In this document: one piece after another, positions 19,779-28,142 of the stretch
Layout: every line of letters starts with the position of its first letter
Numbering within the stretch: the first letter of the stretch is position 1
Assembly: GCA_031414535.1 (NCBI GenBank)
Contig: JANNVQ010000057.1
Coordinates: 1-64,000, forward strand
DNA length: 64,000 nucleotides
DNA from: Gemmatimonas sp.
GTDB lineage: Bacteria; Gemmatimonadota; Gemmatimonadetes; Gemmatimonadales; Gemmatimonadaceae
Direction: 5' to 3'
Program-made: the position numbers and the translations under genes
The notes under the pieces: model-generated
What the model was told of the DNA's origin: nothing
What the model saw: the letters and a program-made list of their open reading frames with translations, nothing else
Database searches by the model: none

Positions 19779-19811
19779 GTGAGGATCCGGGGTTAAAGGG
19801 AAGAAACCGTG

Positions 19812-20036
19812 CTACACCTTGCGGGTCAGGCCGCCAATCACGAATACCGTTCCGGCGATGAGGGCGAGCCCTGCCATCCAGGGCTCGACTCGGCTTCGTT
19901 CGGTGGCCGTGACCTGCAGGCCACCGAAGTCCACCACCTGCTTGCGCGTGGTGATGTATCCGCCTTCGAGGAGGACATAGCCTCCCCCGATGATCAACGC
20001 GGCACCAAAGAGCACCATCAGGGAAGACCGTGTCAT
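19812..20036 (-). CDS. Small two-TM membrane protein (DUF3185-like)
   Basis: TM - TTRKQVVDFGGLQVTATER - TM; AAGGA RBS overlapping the upstream stop. Confidence 0.7.
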   Translation of the reverse strand: MTRSSLMVLFGAALIIGGGYVLLEGGYITTRKQVVDFGGLQVTATERSRVEPWMAGLALIAGTVFVIGGLTRKV

Positions 20037-20046
20037 TTCACTTTCC

Positions 20047-21102
20047 TTAGCGAGGTGCAACGAGGTACGGATTCGCAATCAGGAGACGGAACTGGCCGCG
20101 GCGGTTGGCGGCATTGGCCACGTCACCGGGGCCTTCGACGAGCAGGTTATTCTCACCACGCGTGGCAATCTCGATCCGATTGGCAGCAACGCCCTTTGAG
20201 ACGAGGTAGTCACGCGAGGCGTTGGCGCGGCGAAGGCCAAGTGCCATGTTGTAGGCATCAGTGCCAGGCGAGCTCGCGTAGCCAGTGATCACAATCTTCA
20301 TGTCTGGGTTCGCGTTGAAGATGGCGACCTTGTCGTCGAGAATTGCCTTGGCGACGTCGTCGAGCGTGGACTGCTCGCGCTCGAAGTGTACCATCTCCAG
20401 CATTGTGGCAAGCGCCGCAACGTTTGATGGCGTCATGGCCGTCACGGGGTGCCGCATCAAGGAATCGCGGAGCGCCACGTAGCGAGCTTCCTGCTCACGG
20501 AGGCGACGCGTCTCGGCGGCGGACACCGAGTCAGCGCGGGATGGCTGCATCGGGCCAGCCACGTTGCGGACGACCGTGGTGGTACGGCCCTGCGGACGGC
20601 GCGCAAGTGCGATGCCGGCACGAAGGCTGCCATGTTGCGCGTTATCCATGAAGTAGCGGACATAGTCAACGCGCAGCGCGGCGGTCTCGGTCATGTTCAG
20701 CTTGCCACCGAGCAAGGCGTGGTAGCCGTAGTTCTGATCGGTGAACGCTCCACCGATGTTGGCGTCCACGTGGCTCATGCCGCCGCCTAGAACGAGCGCG
20801 ATTGGACCAATCTTGAACGGCGTGAAGGCTAAGCGTGTGTCAATCATCATGAAGGAACGATCAGCCAGTCCTAAGGGACGCGAAGCCTTGCCGCCATTGG
20901 CGTCGAACTCAATGGCCCAACGCGGGTCGAGATAGGCGCCAATGCGGCCGCCGAAACCGAGAGCGTTGTCCATGTTGAAGCCGGAATCGAACATGTTCCA
21001 GCTGGCGAAGCCGCCGAACTCGATGGTGCCTCGCTCCTGCGCGGCGAGGGGGATGGCGGCGATCATCATCGCTGCGCCAATGCTAAGGGAACGCTTAATC
21101 AT
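20047..21102 (-). CDS. OmpA-family protein: N-terminal beta-barrel + peptidoglycan-binding domain
   Basis: Signal peptide, amphipathic beta strands, then HFE..ITGYAS..YNMALGLRRA..RGE..NRR; AGGAG RBS. Confidence 0.88.
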   Translation of the reverse strand: MIKRSLSIGAAMMIAAIPLAAQERGTIEFGGFASWNMFDSGFNMDNALGFGGRIGAYLDPRWAIEFDANGGKASRPLGLADRSFMMIDTRLAFTPFKIGPIALVLGGGMSHVDANIGGAFTDQNYGYHALLGGKLNMTETAALRVDYVRYFMDNAQHGSLRAGIALARRPQGRTTTVVRNVAGPMQPSRADSVSAAETRRLREQEARYVALRDSLMRHPVTAMTPSNVAALATMLEMVHFEREQSTLDDVAKAILDDKVAIFNANPDMKIVITGYASSPGTDAYNMALGLRRANASRDYLVSKGVAANRIEIATRGENNLLVEGPGDVANAANRRGQFRLLIANPYLVAPR

Positions 21103-21126
21103 TTGAATCTCCTGTAGTGCAGCCGA

Positions 21127-22863
21127 TTACGGCAGCGTGATGGTGTTGTTGGAACCGAGTGAGACGCCACCGTTACGAGCCAAGGCGCGTCCAATCAGGT
21201 TGGCGTTGTCTACGAGCGTGATGCTGGTAAGTGCCAGGATGTTGCCTTTCCACTGCGAGGCCGTGCCGAGTGTGGCCGAGCTTCCGACCTGCCAGTAGAC
21301 GTTCTTGGCCTGTGCACCATTGATGAGCACGATGTCGCCTGCGGTGGTCAGCGAGCTGCCCGCTTGGAAGACGAAGACCGCGTCAGGATCGCCGCCGCCA
21401 TTCAGCGTGAGCGGGCCGGAAACGCCGATGCCGATGGCACTGCAGTACACGCCTGCGGCGAGTGTCGTGCCACCAAGGTCAGCGACGATGGCGTTCGCCG
21501 GCGGGCAGGCCAGGCCTGCGAGCGTGTTGTAAGCAGTGGTGAGATCGGCCTGAGCCTGAGCAGCCACGGCGTTGGCAAGATTGGCGACGCCAGTGAAGAC
21601 GCAGGGTCCGAAGCCGGTGAGCGTGCTGCCTGGGCTCACACCGACGTCAGCGCTGATCAGGCCGTTGGTGATACAGGTGATTTGCGTACCGGCCAAGATG
21701 CCGTGGAACTCAGCGTTGCCGAGCGGAACGAAGGGCGGCGTGACGAGTGATGTAACCACAACGGTTGCGCTGCCGAAGATGGCGCCGCTGGTGGCACGGA
21801 CGGTGTTGGCGAAGGTGCCCGCCACGTTGCCCGCCGTGAACAGCCCGGTTCCATTGACTGCACCACCACCGTTGGTCACAGACCAGACAGGCGTGATCGG
21901 AACGATGTTGTTGCTCGCGTCACGACCAACGGCGGTGAACTGTTGTGTAGCGAGCGTCGCGGTGGTGTCGGGGTTCGGCGTCACGGCGATGGTCGCGAGC
22001 GGCCCAGCTGCGACGACGACGGTGGCCGTACCAAAGACAGCGCCGCTGGTCGCACGCACAGTGTTTGTGAACGTGTTTGCAACATTGCCGGCGGTGAACA
22101 GGCCTGATGCAGCGTTGATTGTGCCACCGCTGTTGGTCACGGACCAGACGGGCGTGATAGGTACGATGTTGTTGCCCACATCGCGTCCGACGGCTACGAA
22201 CTGCTGGGTGTCAAGGATTGCGGTCGTATCCGGATTCGGCGTCACGGTAATAGAAGAAAGTGCGCCAGCTGCGACGACGACGGTTGCCGTACCAAAGACA
22301 GCACCGCTGGTTGCTCGCACGGTGTTCGCGAACGTGCCCGCAGTATTGCCGGCGGTGAACAGGCCTGAGGCGGCGTTGATCGTGCCACCGCTATTGGTAA
22401 CGGACCAGACCGGCGTGATGGGTATGATGTTGTTGCCCGCATCGCGCCCCACGGCCACGAACTGCTGGGTGCCGAGGATGGTGGTGGTATCTGGATTTGG
22501 CGTCACAGTAATTGAAGCGAGTGCGCCCGCAACAACAGTGACTGTTGCGCTCCCGCTGAGGCCGTTGGCCGTTGCGGTGACATTATTCGTGAACACGCCT
22601 AGTGTGTTACCTGCGGTGAAGAAGCCGGTGGCATTGATGGTGCCGCCTGCGCTTGCTGTCCACACTGGGGTGATCGGCGTGATGAGGTTGTCAGCATCGC
22701 GCGCTACGGCGACGAATTGCTGCGTGCCGCCAATCGGCAGGGTGACGTTTGGTGTCACCACGATGGAAGCAGGGGCGCCGGATACGCCAAGGACATGCGG
22801 CTCGCACGCCAACGCGAGCAACGCGACGGCCGATAGTCGCGTGAGAGTGGTGCGGAACTTCAT
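21127..22863 (-). CDS. DUF3494 (ice-binding-like) lipoprotein with 4 Ig-like repeats (IBP-B)
   Basis: Lipobox LALAC; AAGGAG RBS; GVSPGSTLTGF, AQADLTTAYNTL, LAAGVYC, FVFQAGSSLTT, KNVYWQVGSSATLG, GRALARNG. Confidence 0.9.
   Translation of the reverse strand: MKFRTTLTRLSAVALLALACEPHVLGVSGAPASIVVTPNVTLPIGGTQQFVAVARDADNLITPITPVWTASAGGTINATGFFTAGNTLGVFTNNVTATANGLSGSATVTVVAGALASITVTPNPDTTTILGTQQFVAVGRDAGNNIIPITPVWSVTNSGGTINAASGLFTAGNTAGTFANTVRATSGAVFGTATVVVAAGALSSITVTPNPDTTAILDTQQFVAVGRDVGNNIVPITPVWSVTNSGGTINAASGLFTAGNVANTFTNTVRATSGAVFGTATVVVAAGPLATIAVTPNPDTTATLATQQFTAVGRDASNNIVPITPVWSVTNGGGAVNGTGLFTAGNVAGTFANTVRATSGAIFGSATVVVTSLVTPPFVPLGNAEFHGILAGTQITCITNGLISADVGVSPGSTLTGFGPCVFTGVANLANAVAAQAQADLTTAYNTLAGLACPPANAIVADLGGTTLAAGVYCSAIGIGVSGPLTLNGGGDPDAVFVFQAGSSLTTAGDIVLINGAQAKNVYWQVGSSATLGTASQWKGNILALTSITLVDNANLIGRALARNGGVSLGSNNTITLP
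21745..22773 (-). repeat. Four tandem ~252-261-bp intragenic Ig-like repeats
   Basis: Repeats 2-4 near-identical: VTPNPDTT..TQQFxAVGRD..NNIxPITPVWSVTNxGG..GLFTAGN..TFxNTVRATSGAxFG. Confidence 0.88.
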
Positions 22864-22914
22864 TGCGGGGCTCCTTAATGCAGTTTGTGTTGCGGTCACT
22901 TCGCCGCTTCACTA

Positions 22915-22985
22915 AGGATGCCGGTCGTCCTCGGGTCTTCCCATCGGCCGATAAGGTGATTTATGGGCGATGACGAGAAGGATGA
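22915..22985 (-). promoter_or_regulatory. Putative activated promoter of the IBP-B operon
   Basis: Minus strand TCACCTTATCGGCCGATG (22959-22942), 21 nt, CATCCT (22920-22915); second half-site TCATC 26 bp further upstream. Confidence 0.5.
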
Positions 22986-23003
22986 GGTGGATGAGACGGA
23001 GGA

Positions 23004-23324
23004 CTAGTCCTCCGGAGGGGTATCCTCTACTGGCTCCACCGGGACGACCATCGGGACCGTGAGGTTGAAGCGCGCGTCGATTGCCTTCAGCGCGTCCTCC
23101 AAGCGACGGTTAGCCTCGCTCGTCAGGTTAGGCGTGTCCGCGAGCACGAGAATGTGCGACACGCGATCGTCGGTCACGAAGCGCCCTTCCCATGTTCCAC
23201 TCCGCTCCTTGGCCGTCACGTGCTCTCGCTCGAGAAGAGTCTTTATCGCTTTGAGGCGCGCCGCCGACTGCGGGGGGTCGAGGCGGTACGTATACGCCCA
23301 CATGACGGAGGGTTTTGCAGACAT
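23004..23324 (-). CDS. Hypothetical protein (106 aa)
   Basis: Coding-like composition; ATG 7 nt after TAGCTT; no family recognised. Confidence 0.65.
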   Translation of the reverse strand: MSAKPSVMWAYTYRLDPPQSAARLKAIKTLLEREHVTAKERSGTWEGRFVTDDRVSHILVLADTPNLTSEANRRLEDALKAIDARFNLTVPMVVPVEPVEDTPPED

Positions 23325-23373
23325 ACCACGCAAGCTATGCGTGCACTGCGTATCCGCCTATCGCACGAAGGGG

Positions 23374-24054
23374 TTACCTAGTGCTTTCGCGCGCGTGGGC
23401 GTAGGCAGCAATCTGCAAGCGCGAGTGCAACGTCAACTTTTCCATCACGTTGCGCACGTGGCTTTTGACGGTATGCACTGCGATGTGGAGGCGCGCCGCA
23501 ATTTGCTTGTTGCTCAAGCCCTCGGCGATGAGGTTGACGACCTCGCGTTCGCGCGGTGTCATTCTCACCGACTCTAGCAAGGCTGGTGCGTCGCGCTCCA
23601 CGGCATCGCGAGCGATCTGCGAGAACAGTGTGTTCACCATCGGCGTGGGCAGCACACTCAGCCCCGCCGCCACAGACCGGATGGTGGCGACGAGATCATC
23701 GAGCGTCGCATCCTTAAGAATGAAGCCGGCGACACCTGCATTCACGTACTCGGCGATTTCTTCGTTGGCCGGCAGCAGGTCCATGATGATGACGCGGGCC
23801 TCAGGAAACTGCGTGCGCGTCTCAGCCGCAATTCGCAGACTGTCGCCTTGGCGCAGGCCGATGTCGAGGAGCACAATCTGCGGGGCGATCTTCACCAGCG
23901 TGCTCGGGGTCTCCGATGCCCGCGCGAGCACCACTTCCAAGCCGGGCTGCTGATTGATGAGCGACGTCAACGATTCGCGCACAAGCCGATTGTCTTCAAT
24001 CAGAGCAATCGTGATTGAAGGACTCCCGGGCTTGGCGCGCGAGGCAGTGGGCAT
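23374..24054 (-). CDS. LuxR/NarL-family response regulator (LuxR-2), paralog of 17824-18477
   Basis: LIEDN..VLLD..LKD receiver; HTH GLSNKQIAARLHIAVHTVKSHVRNVMEKL. Confidence 0.92.
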   Translation of the reverse strand: MPTASRAKPGSPSITIALIEDNRLVRESLTSLINQQPGLEVVLARASETPSTLVKIAPQIVLLDIGLRQGDSLRIAAETRTQFPEARVIIMDLLPANEEIAEYVNAGVAGFILKDATLDDLVATIRSVAAGLSVLPTPMVNTLFSQIARDAVERDAPALLESVRMTPREREVVNLIAEGLSNKQIAARLHIAVHTVKSHVRNVMEKLTLHSRLQIAAYAHARESTR

Positions 24055-24235
24055 TACGGGGAAGGTACGGGCTTGCGGGGCGAATAGCGAGCGATTACCC
24101 GTTGGCCGCCCCACTCAGAGATGCCGAGCGCGGGGCCCTGAATTGAGCAGTCTCACTGCTACGGCCTCTGTCGCGACTGCGTATCGGCCAGCCGCCCAAG
24201 CCTGCGCGCCGTGCCTCGATATATAGATTGGAATC

Positions 24236-25240
24236 ATGATTCGACTTCTCCTGGCCCTCGTCGTCGCGACGTCTTGGGCGTCCGTGCTTTCCGCCGCTTC
24301 CCCCAGTACCTCCGTCGCCCGCCGCTGGGACGCCACCGGCCACCGTGCGATGGCCGCCATCGCCTATGACCGACTGCGCCCCAACACCCGTGCGCGGGTG
24401 AATGCGATTCTCCGTGCGCACCCTGACATCGCAAACCTCGGCGAGGGTCTGGACCTGAGCACTCCGGCCGGAATTCGCGAGGTGTTTCTCCGCGCGTCGG
24501 TGTGGCCAGACCGCATTCGCAGCGATGCGCGCTTTTATAGAGAGTCCGATGCCAGTGCACGGCCCACGCCCTTGCTGCCGGGCTATCCCTCGATGGCTCG
24601 ACACGATGGCTGGCACTATCTCACACGCTCCTTCTCGACGGATGGCACGCCCACCATCACGCTCAGCGAACCGAACATCGCGACAGTCTTCCCGTCACTC
24701 GCGGAGTCGCTTGGTGATAACTCGCTAGCGACCAGCATCCAGGCCTACAATCTGAGTTGGATTATCCATGTGGTGGGCGATCTGCACCAGCCCATGCACG
24801 GTACCTCGCGATCGACGGCCGCGCAGCCCAACGCTGATGCCGGTGGCAACGGCGTGTGGGTGCGATTGCGCGGCTTTGAGCGTGACTCCATCAATTTGCA
24901 CGCCGTGTGGGATGGCTGGGTGGGCCGTTCGGAGCGCAACACGCCGATTGACGAAGTGGCGACGAGCTTGGCCCGCGACCTTCCGGTAGCCGCCGGAGCG
25001 CCGGACGACGCCATACGCATTCCGCGCGGTGCGGCACTGGGAGTCATGGTGCGCAACTGGGCCGACGAGAGCGCCACGCTCGCACGCTACTTCGCCTATG
25101 ACCTGCCGGCCCGCAGCGGCTCCACGCCGCCGGAGTTAAGCGAGGACTATGTCGCGCGCGGCACGCGCATCGCACGGCAGCGTCTCGCGCTTTCCGCGTA
25201 CCGCTTGGCTGCAGTGATTGAGGCCCAGCTCGGTCGGTAA
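24236..25240 (+). CDS. S1/P1 nuclease
   Basis: WDATGH, WPDRIR, WHY, HVVGDLHQPMH, GGN, NLHAVWD zinc motifs; signal peptide. Confidence 0.92.
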   Translation: MIRLLLALVVATSWASVLSAASPSTSVARRWDATGHRAMAAIAYDRLRPNTRARVNAILRAHPDIANLGEGLDLSTPAGIREVFLRASVWPDRIRSDARFYRESDASARPTPLLPGYPSMARHDGWHYLTRSFSTDGTPTITLSEPNIATVFPSLAESLGDNSLATSIQAYNLSWIIHVVGDLHQPMHGTSRSTAAQPNADAGGNGVWVRLRGFERDSINLHAVWDGWVGRSERNTPIDEVATSLARDLPVAAGAPDDAIRIPRGAALGVMVRNWADESATLARYFAYDLPARSGSTPPELSEDYVARGTRIARQRLALSAYRLAAVIEAQLGR

Positions 25241-25254
25241 GCCGGCAGTGCAAA

Positions 25255-25286
25255 CGTGCGGGGAATGCTTCCGCATTCCCCGCACG
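25255..25286. terminator. Hairpin terminator between convergent genes
   Basis: Perfect 14-bp stem CGTGCGGGGAATGC/GCATTCCCCGCACG. Confidence 0.7.
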
Positions 25287-25306
25287 CTGGCCTTACTCAC
25301 TCCGAC

Positions 25307-26317
25307 TCAGTTCGTCCGCATCTCGCGGAAGCCGATCAAGCGACCACGCTCCTCATCCCATAGCGCCAAGCGCAGTGAGCGAAATGCTGTCGTCAAAGTG
25401 ATGACTGGCGCTTCATCAAATACGGGGTTCGCCTCGTGCGCCTGCTTCAACTTGTAATTGGGAATCTTCGGCCCGAGGTGATGCACGTGGTGCAGGCCGA
25501 TGCTTCCAGTGAACCAGTTGAGCACCGGCGGAAGCTTGAGATACGAGCTGCCGGTGATAGCTGCGGTTGCGTAGTCCCAAGTTGGATTCCGCTCCCAGTA
25601 CGCTTCTTCGAACTGATGCTGCACGTAAAAGAGCCAGATGCCCACTGCCCCGGCCACATAAAACGCCGGCACATACAAGAGCCATACCGAGCGCCAATCA
25701 AACACCAGATAGCCCATGATGGCGATCGCGACCAAGGCGACGTTCGTAAACCACACGTTCCACACCTGCTTGGCGCTTCCCTCACCCGTCATCATGAAGT
25801 GGAAGCGCTGGAACACCATCAGGTGCACGGGTCCAAGCCCGAATAGCACCAATGGATTGCGGTACAGGCGGTACTTGAACCGGCCCCACTTGGACCGCGC
25901 CTTGTACTCGGCGACCGTCAGCGTGCTGACATCACCGAAGCCACGATGGTCGAGGTCACCCGACGAGGCGTGGTGGATGGCGTGTTCGCGCCGCCACTGC
26001 TGATAGGGCGTGAAGGTCAACACGCCGGTGATGAAGCCCACCGCATCGTTGGCTTCCTTGGTCGGCATAAAGGAGCCGTGCGCGCAGTCGTGCATGATGA
26101 TGAACGTGCGCGTCTGCAGTCCGGCAATCGGCAGGATCATCAGCAGGCTCGCCCAGAGCGCGTAATCCATCAGCCAATAGGCGATGAATACGGCCGAGCC
26201 AAGCATGAACAGTGTGCTGAAGAGCTGCCAGAGTGAGAGTCGAATGTCGGGGCCAGCGTAGCGGGCGACTGTGGCCTTCCAGTTCGATTCCTTTACTACG
26301 GGATTTGCGTTCTTCAT
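25307..26317 (-). CDS. Membrane fatty acid desaturase (Bacillus Des-like)
   Basis: His boxes HDCAH, HAIHH, HHVHH; LFYVQHQFE. Confidence 0.92.
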   Translation of the reverse strand: MKNANPVVKESNWKATVARYAGPDIRLSLWQLFSTLFMLGSAVFIAYWLMDYALWASLLMILPIAGLQTRTFIIMHDCAHGSFMPTKEANDAVGFITGVLTFTPYQQWRREHAIHHASSGDLDHRGFGDVSTLTVAEYKARSKWGRFKYRLYRNPLVLFGLGPVHLMVFQRFHFMMTGEGSAKQVWNVWFTNVALVAIAIMGYLVFDWRSVWLLYVPAFYVAGAVGIWLFYVQHQFEEAYWERNPTWDYATAAITGSSYLKLPPVLNWFTGSIGLHHVHHLGPKIPNYKLKQAHEANPVFDEAPVITLTTAFRSLRLALWDEERGRLIGFREMRTN

Positions 26318-26818
26318 TTACGGGGTAGGCGCGGGCGGAGGATAAATGACCTGCAGCGAGATCTCGAACACCAAGATGCTGTATGGTGGGATCGGTCCCG
26401 AGCCAGAGGCTCCGTAGCCGAGATTCGGCGGGACAATGATCTGGCGGCGGCCGTTTACCTTCATGCCCCGCACTCCCTCATCAAAACCCGCGATGATACC
26501 ACGTCCGCCCGTCTTAAAGCGAAGTGGTGTCGCGGCTGAGATGTTGGAGTCGAACTGCTCCGCATTGCGGAGCCACCCCGTGTAGCGAACTCCAACGGAG
26601 TCGCCCGAGGCTGTATCTACTTGTGCACCCGTCCCAACGAGCAAATCGCGGTAATAGAGACCGGAAGCCGTCTTGGTAGACGCCGCGAGGTCCACGTTGA
26701 GCGAGGGATCGAAATACACCTTCTCGATCTCTGGAATGAACGGATCGGCGCCGAGGCAGCTAGTGCCGACGAGCACAACGGCGAGCAGGGCAAACAGGGA
26801 GCGGGAAACGCGCATCAT
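26318..26818 (-). CDS. FKBP-type peptidyl-prolyl isomerase, lipoprotein
   Basis: SGLYY, YTGWL..FDS, IAGFDEGVRGMKV, PPNLGYG..IPPYSILVFEI; GTSC lipobox. Confidence 0.92.
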   Translation of the reverse strand: MMRVSRSLFALLAVVLVGTSCLGADPFIPEIEKVYFDPSLNVDLAASTKTASGLYYRDLLVGTGAQVDTASGDSVGVRYTGWLRNAEQFDSNISAATPLRFKTGGRGIIAGFDEGVRGMKVNGRRQIIVPPNLGYGASGSGPIPPYSILVFEISLQVIYPPPAPTP

Positions 26819-26869
26819 TGTAAGAAAGCTAGCCCGTCAGGGTCCGTAAAGGACTGGCTGTCCGGCAAT

Positions 26870-28132
26870 TTAGAGGTAGCGCCTGGGCGGGACGAGCAAG
26901 GACCCGAACAGAAGCCCCGCCACCAGAGCCAAAATGGCACTGAGCACGGCCACCAGCGTGTCGAACCCTAGTGCGTAATCGCGCTCCATCACGAAGCCAA
27001 GCGCCCGAAAGCCCACACTACCAGGGACCAAGAGCATGATGCCCGGCACGCGGACCAATTGGCCGGGTCGTCCGGCCCAGCGCCCATACAGATTGGCGAG
27101 GGCGGCCATCATCAGACTCGAGAAGAATACGGATCCGGCGAAGGTGCCGCTGGCCACAGGGCCAAGCCAACCGGAGCCCAAGCGCACGAAGATATAGCCG
27201 AGGATCGCCGACGCCATCACCAGTGGGATGTCGCGGCGCGATGCGCGGAAGAGCACGGCGAACGAGAACGCGGCGCCAACCATCGACACGATCTCCACCC
27301 ACTGTGGTAGCGCCTCCGGTGTCCCGGGCATCGGCGTCCACCCCAGCACGAGCATCACCTGCGATGCCGCCACGGACCCGAACGTCAGCTTCAAGAGCAC
27401 GGTCATGGCGCCGGCAAACCGCGAGGTGCCCGTCACCAGTTGCTGCGATGCCAACTCGGCCACTGCCGTGGTGAGCGCGAGCCCCGGCATCAACACGATG
27501 AGTGCCGCAACAATCACCGTCTGCAGCGTGAGTGGCGCCACAAAGTGCGCGAAAGCCGTCGCCAATGTGGTCGCGATGAGCGCCGCCAAGGCCTCGAACG
27601 CCGCCGCAAGATGTGGACGCGTTCCGCTCAGGATGGCAATCCAACCAATCAGCAGTCCAATTACCGCGGCCACGGACACATCAATCCAAGCGGTGCCGAG
27701 TAGACCAGCCACCGATGCGGCTGCCAAGCCGAATGCGGCTACTGTCGCGAGCTGCAGCTTCACGGTAAATGGCTTGTCTAGCGCAGCCATTTCCACCCAC
27801 GCCTCATCAATGCTCATCGTGCCCTTCACCACCTGCTCCGCGATGGCATCGAGCTTAGCGAGCGCGCCAAGCTGAATGTCGCCGGGTTCGAGACGAAGCA
27901 CGCGTGTTTCCTGCGTGGCGTCGCTGCGCTCTGCATCGCTGAGCGAGAGCAACAGTCCGGTGGGCGTAGACCACACCTCCACGCGCACGCCGATGCTATT
28001 GGCCACCGAGCGCACCGCGCCTTCGAGGCGCGACGCCGATACGCCAACGACGTGCAGCCGCCGGCCCAGCTCCGTCAAGAAGCGAATGCGGCCGTCAAAT
28101 GCGGACCGGTGCCCAGCCTCGTGCGTGCTCAT
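26870..28132 (-). CDS. Threonine/serine exporter family (ThrE)
   Basis: LGRRLH..SRLE N-domain, LMPGLALTTAVAEL, LLVPGSVGF; ~10 TM. Confidence 0.85.
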   Translation of the reverse strand: MSTHEAGHRSAFDGRIRFLTELGRRLHVVGVSASRLEGAVRSVANSIGVRVEVWSTPTGLLLSLSDAERSDATQETRVLRLEPGDIQLGALAKLDAIAEQVVKGTMSIDEAWVEMAALDKPFTVKLQLATVAAFGLAAASVAGLLGTAWIDVSVAAVIGLLIGWIAILSGTRPHLAAAFEALAALIATTLATAFAHFVAPLTLQTVIVAALIVLMPGLALTTAVAELASQQLVTGTSRFAGAMTVLLKLTFGSVAASQVMLVLGWTPMPGTPEALPQWVEIVSMVGAAFSFAVLFRASRRDIPLVMASAILGYIFVRLGSGWLGPVASGTFAGSVFFSSLMMAALANLYGRWAGRPGQLVRVPGIMLLVPGSVGFRALGFVMERDYALGFDTLVAVLSAILALVAGLLFGSLLVPPRRYL

Positions 28133-28142
28133 GCGAGTCGCA

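Noticed and set aside
14850..22773. Tandem ~260-bp repeats as a possible CRISPR array, DGR template/variable repeat or mobile repeat
   Set aside because: They are in-frame protein domain repeats with no spacer structure; no cas or reverse transcriptase gene and no evident adenine-specific variation
11648..24054. Integrative mobile element carrying the DUF3494 module
   Set aside because: No integrase, transposase, tRNA or flanking direct repeats recognised; horizontal origin remains possible but is unsupported here
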